NCBI GenBank assembly: GCA_016841605.1
Contig: JAENYV010000001.1
Location: 429,056 to 493,055 of the forward strand
Direction: 5' to 3'
From: Dethiobacter alkaliphilus
GTDB lineage: Bacteria > Bacillota > Dethiobacteria > DTU022 > UBA8154
DNA: 64,000 bases
The notes below the pieces were generated by a model. The model saw nothing but the letters and a program-made list of their open reading frames with translations, made no database searches and was not told the origin of the DNA. The position numbers and the translations under genes are program-made. Positions 50,367-58,874 of the stretch are shown piece by piece. The stretch's first letter is position 1; the number at the start of each line of letters is the position of its first letter.

Positions 50367-50433
50367 TTGTTTTAATCCCCTTTCATATATATTATTTTTT
50401 AATTGTTACCTTTAACGTTAAGTAAACTAAGAC

Positions 50434-51858
50434 CTACAGTGCATCAAAACCGTACTCTTCCCAGCGGGCCAGAACCTTTTTCTGGGTTTCATCATCAAGT
50501 TTTACTTCCTTGGGTCCCTTGTCGCCCCATTCGAATGGTGTAGTGGCGTCGATGAGGATACGGGAGGTAATCAGTTTGTCGGAAGTGAGATCCAGGGCCG
50601 GGTCAAGGGGAGTTGAACGACCCCTTTTGATTATTTCCGTATCGCGAGCGGGGTTATAACGGACAGAAAGGGCCCAAATTACTCTCCCGATATCGTCTGC
50701 CTGGATGTCGTCATCAACAACAATTACTCCCTTGATACCGTAGCTGCCTGTAGTGCTGGAAATAATGCCGGTGGCTACCTGGTTGGCGTGACCCGGATAG
50801 GCTGTTTTTACCGAAGCGATGGCCCAGAAACGTCCTGCTGCCTCCGGAGGAGTATAGACGGACTGAATGCCGGGAATCTTCATATTGGTCAGATCGCTCC
50901 ACAGGGTAGCGTTCCTGGTAAAAGCCAGGAGCATATGAATATCAGTAACGGGTCTTCCCACGGAAGTAGACCAGAGAACCGGATTATTGCGGTGCAGCAC
51001 ACGCTTTACTTCAAGGCAGGGCTTCTTAATAACCTTATCAAGCTCATCCGTATAGTAACCGGTGTATTCGCCGAAGGGACCTTCAGGCTGGAAGTTTTCC
51101 GGATCAACTTCTCCTTCCAAAACTATTTCAGCATTGGCAGGGATGGGGAGTCCTGTAAAGTCGCTGACGATATACTCTGCCGGTGCCCCTCTCATGGTCC
51201 CGACTACGTCGTACTGGTTGACTCCTTCTTGCTGGAGTGCGCCGGCCATGAAAAGAAGGGGATCGCAACCGATAACAGCCGCAGCCTTCATTTTCTTGCC
51301 CAATTTTTTGTACTTCGCCAGGATCCTAGTGCCGCGCTTGCCGGGCAGCATCTGAATTCCGCAGTGGCCGTTGTCCAGCATCTGCATGCGGTATGTTCCC
51401 AGGTTGACCTTTCCTGAATCGGGGTCCTCAATTACCAGGAAGACCGTTGTCCCGATATAGCGGCCGCCATCCAGGGGATAAAACTTCGGCACGGGGAACT
51501 TATCCAGCTTAATGTTACCAATATCATCAATGTTTTCCGTTACCGGACCGCTCTTGACTTCAACGGCCTTGATAACTTTACCCAGAGAGAGCCTCATCCA
51601 TTCCTTGGAAAGTTCAACAAAGGAGTTGGTGGGCTTCATACCCAAGACGAGGGAGAGACGTTCAGTAGTCGCAAATGCTCCGGTGAAGACAGGTGAACTG
51701 TAACCCTTAACATTTTCAAAAAGAAGGGCCGGGCCTCCCCTTTCCTCGTTCATTTTGGAGATGTGAGAGATCTCCATATCCCAGTCGACCTCTGCGGTGA
51801 TCCGTTTCAACTGACCAATTTTTTCACAACGGGCAATATACTCTCTTAAATCGATCAC
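50434..51858 (-). CDS. ppcB: UbiD-family carboxylase subunit (phenylphosphate carboxylase alpha/beta-like)
   Basis: The 474-aa protein carries 'KVNLGTYRMQ', 'PEGPFGEYTGYY' and 'VIVVDDDIQ'. Confidence 0.6.
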   Translation of the reverse strand: MIDLREYIARCEKIGQLKRITAEVDWDMEISHISKMNEERGGPALLFENVKGYSSPVFTGAFATTERLSLVLGMKPTNSFVELSKEWMRLSLGKVIKAVEVKSGPVTENIDDIGNIKLDKFPVPKFYPLDGGRYIGTTVFLVIEDPDSGKVNLGTYRMQMLDNGHCGIQMLPGKRGTRILAKYKKLGKKMKAAAVIGCDPLLFMAGALQQEGVNQYDVVGTMRGAPAEYIVSDFTGLPIPANAEIVLEGEVDPENFQPEGPFGEYTGYYTDELDKVIKKPCLEVKRVLHRNNPVLWSTSVGRPVTDIHMLLAFTRNATLWSDLTNMKIPGIQSVYTPPEAAGRFWAIASVKTAYPGHANQVATGIISSTTGSYGIKGVIVVDDDIQADDIGRVIWALSVRYNPARDTEIIKRGRSTPLDPALDLTSDKLITSRILIDATTPFEWGDKGPKEVKLDDETQKKVLARWEEYGFDAL

Positions 51859-51951
51859 TTTAAGAACCTCCTCTTTAAAATTAAAATTTTAATGTTAGTT
51901 TGGAAATTACTGCATTTTTCCCGCAGTTAGTTCTGAGACCCTATGCTTATT

Positions 51952-53151
51952 TTAGTTCATCTCCATAAAGGAGTCAATTATTGCATCGACAAAACTATCA
52001 TCCAGAACATGGGCATCGACTCTTTTTACGGTAACATTTGGCTTGGCGTTGGCCTCGCAAGCCTCAACAAATCCCATGTTGGCATCAGGATCATAAAGGG
52101 GTCCGCCTTCACGGTCATGGACACAGAAGCCCTTCATGGGAAGGAGAATAGTAACCGGCCCGAGGCTTTTATTTAACTTTTCGCACATAACTTCTCCGAG
52201 TTTTTTAAATTCTTCTCTGGAGGTCCGGTATAAGGTGATGGCAGCGTTGTGGACATGCGTTACACGGCCTGCGAATTGTTCCTGTCCCGGACCGTGGACG
52301 ATAAAATCTGACGAGCCGGGGACGTAGACCTGCGGAAGGCCTTTTTTACCGGCATTTTCGTAACGGTCGGCCGGGGCCTGGTAAAGACCGCCCGCAATAC
52401 TGTCAACCCATTCGTGGAGAGAAATCTCTACTACTCCACCGTCAATCATGCCGTCCGCTGTAAGTTGTTCCAGAGCTGTTCCCCCTACGCCTGTGGTATG
52501 GAAAGTGACAGTTTCAAATCCTTTCTCGGCAAGTCTGTTTCTGACCCTGGCGGCGGTTCCTTCAGTTGTTCCCAGCGTTGTAATGGCGACAAGCTTTTTA
52601 TTCTCTTTATCAATCTGGGGAGCATTGACCATGCCCACCACCGCAGCGGCTGCATTAGTAAAGACTTTTCTGGTCAGGCGGTTCAGGCCGGCCACATCTG
52701 TTACCGAATGGTACATCAGGATATCTTTCGTGCCGACAGCAGCGCTGACAACATTCCCCACCGCGGCTACTGTTGATATCTGAACTTTCGGCACTCCAAA
52801 GGGAAGAGAACGCATAACCGCGGATCCCAGACCGGTTCCCATAGCTCCGCCGAGGCTGAGGACTCCGTCAAATTTACCTTGACTGAACAGATCTTGTGCT
52901 ATCGTTATAGCTCCCCCGATCATTGTCCCTAAAGCGTCACCCTCGGAAGGAATCTTTTGAACTTCCGCGTGAGTAGTACCGGCTGCTACGGCAACCTCAT
53001 CACGTGTTATATCAGGCGTAAAATAGGGTTCTCCCAAAATTCCGCAATCCATAACCATAACATTGGCTCCAAGAGCCGTAATTTGTTCTTTTAAGTAAGT
53101 AACTTCTACTCCTTTTGTATCTAAAACAGAAACAATAAGTACAGTTTTCAT
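51952..53151 (-). CDS. UPF0261 / Tm-1-like ATP-binding domain protein
   Basis: Motifs 'VLIVSVLDTKGVEVTYLKEQI' and 'LSLGGAMGTGLGSAVMRSLPFGVPKV' are typical of UPF0261. It is the first gene of the ppc-like operon. Confidence 0.75.
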   Translation of the reverse strand: MKTVLIVSVLDTKGVEVTYLKEQITALGANVMVMDCGILGEPYFTPDITRDEVAVAAGTTHAEVQKIPSEGDALGTMIGGAITIAQDLFSQGKFDGVLSLGGAMGTGLGSAVMRSLPFGVPKVQISTVAAVGNVVSAAVGTKDILMYHSVTDVAGLNRLTRKVFTNAAAAVVGMVNAPQIDKENKKLVAITTLGTTEGTAARVRNRLAEKGFETVTFHTTGVGGTALEQLTADGMIDGGVVEISLHEWVDSIAGGLYQAPADRYENAGKKGLPQVYVPGSSDFIVHGPGQEQFAGRVTHVHNAAITLYRTSREEFKKLGEVMCEKLNKSLGPVTILLPMKGFCVHDREGGPLYDPDANMGFVEACEANAKPNVTVKRVDAHVLDDSFVDAIIDSFMEMN

Positions 53152-53475
53152 GTTCTTACCTCCCTCTTATTTTTGCCCATATTAAAGAAAAGATTTATCC
53201 GCAAAATTAGACATATGGAAAAAACGAAAGAATAAACTTTATAATACTTTTACTTTTTTATCTTTTTACCTCCCATAAAAACATTTTACCTCACAAAAAA
53301 CACTGTTTTCCAGAAAATCCTGACTATTTCGTTACTGTTAATTCTCCTTTAACACCCCCTCTTCGACAAAATTTGCATAGCTTGCAGGTATAGAACCTTG
53401 TTCAACTATTACAATTAAGTATTTAAGAAATAGTATTTAAAAATGTATTAGTATTTAAAAAATTTCATAGTATCA

Positions 53476-53503
53476 AACTATCCCATCATCTGTATACTGT
53501 CAA
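53476..53503 (-). promoter_or_regulatory. Putative sigma-A promoter for the UPF0261-ppc operon inside the second copy of the conserved element (53476-53560)
   Basis: On the minus strand, TTGACA (53503-53498) is separated by 16 nt from ATAGTT. The shared core with 43731-43815 is ACTGTCAATAAC(C)TAAATTGG..GAAAATTTA. Confidence 0.45.
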
Positions 53504-53886
53504 TAACCTAAATTGGGGGAAAATTTAGTATTTAAGATTAACCAAATTGGTTAAAGTGTTTTTTTTCAACTATAAGATGAAGAACCATCGGAATTTACTT
53601 AAATGCTTTGAAGCTTGAAGCTAATTATTTGGAAAAAATTGCAGTGTTGATGTTAACCGTGTTACCGGCAGGAAAATTAACATTTAGGATAGAATTAATA
53701 AACATGAAAGTGTAATGCATAATGTTCGGCGGAACAGAATGCTTGCCACTACAAGCGTATTTTGCCTAAAGTGGATAAAATTAATTGAATTGTTTTCATT
53801 ACCTTAGGAGTATCATGGCAATATTAACTAAAATATTTGTCCAATCTGGACAAAAGAAATGGAAATAATTTTGTCTACATTAGTTA

Positions 53887-53915
53887 TTGACACTGCCTAA
53901 ACGTTAGGTTAAATT
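53887..53915 (+). promoter_or_regulatory. Putative promoter facing the GAF-PucR regulator gene; shares TAGTTATTGACA with the two minus-strand promoters
   Basis: TTGACA (53887-53892) is separated by 17 nt from TAAATT. Confidence 0.35.
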
Positions 53916-54342
53916 TGCATTATAGTTAAGAAATGTACTAAAGTTTAAAATTAATTACGTTTTTCAAATTTAATTTATTTACCCTTAATTTACTTGGCGC
54001 TGATTTGCAACTCTATCAGTCTTTTTACATTTTTGATGTGTAGGAGGTGAGCCCATGCACGTTTTTTTTTAAATCGTCTGTTTCGCGGGATCCCTTATCG
54101 GCAATTCAAATCTTTTACAACCAAACAGCTTTTGCCCACAGGGTAAAATGTCCAGTTCGCCGATTATTGGGGCTTTGGTAGCCTGAAAATACGTTTTTAT
54201 TAAGCCGGCATCTACCGTCCGCTAATTATTTACATTTACAATGTCATTATCGTCGTTTCTTCTAATATCCTTATTTAACGGACAGCTATCGAGATCGGTG
54301 GTAGATACGAAAAGGGAGACGATTTGAAAAGGAGACGATTGT

Positions 54343-56184
54343 ATGTTAGCAGAACCTGAAAATTTATGGCAAGAGCTTCAAAAAGAACGAAAGCGCGTCA
54401 TTCAATGGCGTATCTTAACTGAAGCGGCAGTTCTTTTAAATTCAGAGTTGCACTCTGAAAGCTTACCTCTAAAGTTTATAAAATGCGCAAAAAAATTAGT
54501 ATCAGCTAACGAAGCGATGGTAGCTCTTAAAGAAGAAAAAAAAGAGGGCTTAAAAATACTAAAGCACTATACTTTGGACAATGAAGCCAAAGAAAAACAG
54601 GTTGAAGAAAGTGGAAAGAGTCCCTATGGAGCGATAGACGTAATCTTGAAGAATGAGGAAATAATAAACAGAAATGCCTCCCAGTTTACGTCTCAAGAGC
54701 TTTGCGGCTTCTCCGCTATTAAAAGAAACCTGCTCGGCGTTCCTCTTTATGCCGGAGGAGAAGTAACCGGTGCTCTCTTAATGGCCAACAAAAGCGGAGA
54801 AGAGTCTTTTACCCAGGACGATCAGGAGTTACTCTTAATTCTGGCATCACAGCTCAGTATTGCTTTAGAAAATTCCAGGCTGTATGAAAAGACAGATGAG
54901 AAATTGCAAATAAAAGTTGACGAATTGGAGCATGTTAATAAAATTTTAGTAAAACAAACTAAGATTTTGGAAAAATCAATTGAGATTCATAAACAATTAA
55001 CTGAATTGGTTTTAAGAGGTAAAGGAATTGAAGCGATTTGCAGGACATTGACAGCTTTTATTGGTTGCCCTGTTCAAATAGAGGATCATAATTTTAATGT
55101 TAAAGCAACAACGATAAACAATGATCTGACGAATTTATTTCTTAGCGGTAAGGATTTACTGGAAAATAAAGACTATACAATGCAAGTTAAAGATCTTTTT
55201 CAGGAAAGAAAAATTATCAAAATTAAGTTGGATACAGCGGCAATACAATATGTGGTTCCTATTGTTGCCGGAGAGCAAATTTTAGGAATAATAACTACTG
55301 TTCTTGTTAATAAACCCCTAAGACCGCTTTATCTTGTGGCCATGGAACAAGGAGCCACGATTATCGCGCTGGAGATGTTGAAAGAAAGGTCTGCTGCTGA
55401 GCAAAACAGGCGTTTAAAAGAAAACTTTTTAGAGCAGGTTTTGGATGGAGATTTTGAATCCGAAGAGCAGGTACAGCACCGTGCCCTGCAATTAAATTTT
55501 GGATTAAATAATATTTATCAAATAATGACAGTTGATATGGAACCGGGGGATAATGATCAAAGCAGACCGGAGTTATACCAGGAGATTCGAGAATTTTGCG
55601 TTGATTCTTTTGCCAACAGTATTGTTGTGACCAAAAATAACTTACTATTAATTATGGTTACTTTCGAGAAAAAGAATCAAGAGAGAGCAATTGCCAAACC
55701 GGCAAATATGTTAAAAGAATTTCTGATCAAATTGGTGGAGAACGGAACCTGGAGAATCGCTATTGGTACAAGCTGCACCAAAATAACTGATTGTGCGGTA
55801 TCTTATCGTAAGGCTGTTACTACTCTGGATATTATGAAAGCATTACGATTGACGAACAAAATTGTTTACTACAATAATCTAGGTATTTTCTCATTAATTG
55901 AAATAAATCCTCAACGTTTTGCTGATTTTACCCAAAAAACCCTTGGACTCTTGATGGAATATGATCAAAAACATAAAACACAGCTCGTTGATACCTTAAA
56001 TCTTTACTTTAATTATAACAGCAATGTTTTAAAAGCATCTCGAGAAGGTTACTTAAATCCAAGCACAATGAAGTACAGACTGCGTAGAATTCAGGAAATT
56101 ACAGGATTAGATTTAAAGGACGCGGATGTGGGCTTACAATTGCAACTTGCTATGAGACTGATTAATTGCGGATGTTTTCAATAA
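54343..56184 (+). CDS. GAF-domain / PucR (CdaR)-family transcriptional regulator
   Basis: The GAF domain reads 'LLGVPLYAGGEVTGALLMANKSGEESFTQDDQELLLILASQLSIALEN'. The C-terminal PucR HTH reads 'LVDTLNLYFNYNSNVLKASREGYLNPSTMKYRLRRIQEITGLDL'. Confidence 0.8.
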   Translation: MLAEPENLWQELQKERKRVIQWRILTEAAVLLNSELHSESLPLKFIKCAKKLVSANEAMVALKEEKKEGLKILKHYTLDNEAKEKQVEESGKSPYGAIDVILKNEEIINRNASQFTSQELCGFSAIKRNLLGVPLYAGGEVTGALLMANKSGEESFTQDDQELLLILASQLSIALENSRLYEKTDEKLQIKVDELEHVNKILVKQTKILEKSIEIHKQLTELVLRGKGIEAICRTLTAFIGCPVQIEDHNFNVKATTINNDLTNLFLSGKDLLENKDYTMQVKDLFQERKIIKIKLDTAAIQYVVPIVAGEQILGIITTVLVNKPLRPLYLVAMEQGATIIALEMLKERSAAEQNRRLKENFLEQVLDGDFESEEQVQHRALQLNFGLNNIYQIMTVDMEPGDNDQSRPELYQEIREFCVDSFANSIVVTKNNLLLIMVTFEKKNQERAIAKPANMLKEFLIKLVENGTWRIAIGTSCTKITDCAVSYRKAVTTLDIMKALRLTNKIVYYNNLGIFSLIEINPQRFADFTQKTLGLLMEYDQKHKTQLVDTLNLYFNYNSNVLKASREGYLNPSTMKYRLRRIQEITGLDLKDADVGLQLQLAMRLINCGCFQ

Positions 56185-56304
56185 ATATTAACACTACAGC
56201 AAATTATTGTTAATTAATTGCGAATGTTTCTAGTAAAAAGAGAAAAACTCACCGTTTGTAAATTGTGTTATATAAGCATGATTTACCAGGGTGAGTTTTT
56301 TTGT

Positions 56305-57216
56305 TTAGGCAATGGAACTACTTTTAAGCACAGACAAAAAGTGAGTTATTTCATTAATATAATTTTGCTTATTGCTATCTTGATTTACTACTAATTTGTA
56401 AGTTAAAACCGGTATTTCAAAAGTAGGTACTATCTCAACAATTTCGCCTCGGTTTATTTCTTCTTGTACTGTCACGTAATGCAAAATTGAAACAAAATTT
56501 TCAGTCTTAATAAGTTCTTTGATAGCAAAGGGATAATTAAGTTCCAAAACTATATTGGGTAAAATATTATTTTGGATAAAAAAATCGTCTATTATTTTTC
56601 TAGTTACAAACGATTTAGGAAGCAGAACCAAAGGAATTTTTTCAAAATCCCGATAAGAAGTTATTAAAAATTTCTTATTGGCAATTATTGATATTTTCTG
56701 TTTGAATGTAAAAACTAAATTTGCAAAGGGCACATCTATATCAATCGGGACTATGCCAATATCACACGTTTTATTTTTTAAAAGATTGACCATAGATGAA
56801 TAGTCATCAGTTTCAATAATTATTTTCAAGTTTAATTTATCAAAGCTTAATTTAAACCTTTCAATTAATTTAGGAAGTAAATTAATACCTAAAGCAGCAT
56901 TTGTAATAATACTTACAGTTTCTTTTTCAAACGTTTCTTCATCTCTTTTTAAAACTTCAATATCTTTATATATTTTTTCTTTAAGGTTTAATATCTCTTT
57001 GGCTGTATAATAGAAGGATTTTCCGGCTGCAGTTAATTCCAACTTATCATAGCTAGATTCCCGTCTTTTTATTAATTTTATTTTTAGCTCTTTTTCTAAT
57101 GTTTTTATGGCGGCACTAACAGAAGATTGGGATATTAATAATTTTTCAGCAGCTTTGGTAAAACCGTTGTTTTCGATTACATTGCAAAAAATATTAAGTA
57201 AATTAAAAGTGATTAT
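56305..57216 (-). CDS. LysR-family transcriptional regulator (N-terminal HTH lies upstream of the ORF-track start; no canonical start codon)
   Basis: The frame continues upstream of 57042 as 'IITFNLLNIFCNVIENNGFTKAAEKLLISQSSVSAAIKTLEKELKIKLIKR', a LysR HTH. An in-frame TAA lies at 57219-57217. The first codons are ATA ATC, 4-7 nt after AGAGGTGG. Confidence 0.7.
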   Translation of the reverse strand: MITFNLLNIFCNVIENNGFTKAAEKLLISQSSVSAAIKTLEKELKIKLIKRRESSYDKLELTAAGKSFYYTAKEILNLKEKIYKDIEVLKRDEETFEKETVSIITNAALGINLLPKLIERFKLSFDKLNLKIIIETDDYSSMVNLLKNKTCDIGIVPIDIDVPFANLVFTFKQKISIIANKKFLITSYRDFEKIPLVLLPKSFVTRKIIDDFFIQNNILPNIVLELNYPFAIKELIKTENFVSILHYVTVQEEINRGEIVEIVPTFEIPVLTYKLVVNQDSNKQNYINEITHFLSVLKSSSIA

Positions 57217-57469
57217 TTATCCACCTCTTTCTTTAAAAGCTATAGTAATTATACAAAAGAAATTTTGACAATACAAGAAATAAAAATAGGAAACACATCG
57301 AAAAATAGAAATATTTGCACAATGGTTCGGAGTAATTTTTTTAACACATTGAAAAATTATAATATGTTAAATAGAGTAAATAGTATTTGACTATTATTGA
57401 TTGCCTATGCTACTTTTGAGCCAAGAATTTAAAGATTTAAAAAGTAAAATTAACTGAGAGGTGAAGAAA

Positions 57470-58855
57470 ATGGCCAAAGATTTACGAGATTTTTTAGAAA
57501 AAGTTAAAAATGAGTTACCTGATGATTACGTCGAGGTTACACGCTCTGTTAATCCGGACAATTTCGATATAACAGCGCTTCTGGAGCATTTGACCAAACA
57601 AAATAAGTTTCCCCTGGTTTTATTTAAAAATCCCAAAAACCTAAAGGGGGAAGACGTAGAAATTCAGGTTGTATCCAATGTTTTTGCGAAAAGAGAAAGA
57701 TGTGCCCTTGCTCTTGATTGGCCTGCGGACAGATCCAACCTTCCTTTAAGCCTGGAATATGCCCGTTTGGAACGGGAGGTAGTTCCTCCGTTGGAAATTG
57801 GGAAGAATGATGCTCCGGTTAAAGAAGTAATTCTACGGGGGACCGAAGCAGATCCTGCAATTTTACCCGGAGTGCGGCATTATGAGATGGATTTGTGTCC
57901 GGTTTTTACCATGACACTTGTGATGAAAGATCCGGACACCGGGATCTATGATATTACCTTTGCGAAAACATTTTACAAAGGTTCACAAAGAATGGGAGCA
58001 TCCATTCATACTCCCCACCTTGAACGGATTTTAAATAAATATGAGGAACGAAAAGAGCCTGCTCCCGTAGTACAGATTCTTGGACATCATCCCGCATTCT
58101 ATCTCGGTTCACTGGCATTAAGCCCTTACGATGCCGATGATTATGCCGGAGTCGGTTCTTTTTTACATGAACCCCTTCGACTTGTCGAATCAGAAACCTG
58201 GGGAAAAGATTTTCTTGTTCCTGCAGATGCGGAAATAATAATGGAAGGAGAAATCATGCCCGGCGATAAAGAAATAGTAGATCCGTTTGGTGAAGTGACA
58301 AGACATTACCAGGCCCAATGCATACGTCAAGCAATGAATGTGACAGCAATCACGCGGCGCAAAGGCGCCATCATGCAGGACATTTTTTCCGGTCACGAAG
58401 GACACTGGAACCTGGGTGCCTTACCGAAAGAAGGCAGCGTATATAATGCTGTAAACCGCCGATATGGAAATGTCAAGGCTGTGCATATGCCCCATTCCGG
58501 GATCGGAAGGCTGGCATGCTATATCTCTATTGACAAAAAGCGTGAAGGAGACGCCAAAATTGCCGGTATGGCAGCGCTTTTAGAGTCATGGACTTTTCAG
58601 GTTGTCGTTGTGGTCGATGATGATATTGATGTCTTTAATGAAAAAGAAGTGGTCTGGGCTATATTAACCATGGTAGATCCCAAACGGGATATAACCATGG
58701 TGGACAATGTTCATACTGTTTTTACCACTGCTATGGGACATAACAAAATTATTATTGATGCAACAAAACCGCTTGATAGGGCCTTCCCTGAACGTTTTAA
58801 AGTTCCGGAAAGCGCTATGCAGCGGATAAAATTAGATGAGTGGATCAAACTTTAA
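57470..58855 (+). CDS. Divergent UbiD-family decarboxylase
   Basis: The protein shows 'DPDTGIYDITFAK' where paralogs have 'DPDSGKVNLGTYR', and 'VDPFGEVTRHY' where paralogs have 'EGPFGEYTGYY'. 'VVVVVDDDIDV' is conserved. The ATG at 57470 follows a GAGAGGTGA RBS. Confidence 0.8.
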   Translation: MAKDLRDFLEKVKNELPDDYVEVTRSVNPDNFDITALLEHLTKQNKFPLVLFKNPKNLKGEDVEIQVVSNVFAKRERCALALDWPADRSNLPLSLEYARLEREVVPPLEIGKNDAPVKEVILRGTEADPAILPGVRHYEMDLCPVFTMTLVMKDPDTGIYDITFAKTFYKGSQRMGASIHTPHLERILNKYEERKEPAPVVQILGHHPAFYLGSLALSPYDADDYAGVGSFLHEPLRLVESETWGKDFLVPADAEIIMEGEIMPGDKEIVDPFGEVTRHYQAQCIRQAMNVTAITRRKGAIMQDIFSGHEGHWNLGALPKEGSVYNAVNRRYGNVKAVHMPHSGIGRLACYISIDKKREGDAKIAGMAALLESWTFQVVVVVDDDIDVFNEKEVVWAILTMVDPKRDITMVDNVHTVFTTAMGHNKIIIDATKPLDRAFPERFKVPESAMQRIKLDEWIKL

Positions 58856-58874
58856 ATAAGGGAGGTAATAGTAA

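Noticed and set aside
48037-51858. The alternative assignment as putative anaerobic benzene (AbcDA-like) or naphthalene carboxylase.
   Set aside because: As I recall them, those clusters lack the KdsC-like HAD subunit and are linked to CoA-ligase genes. Here the HAD gene sits between the two UbiD-like genes and no ligase is present. This alternative is not excluded without a phylogeny.
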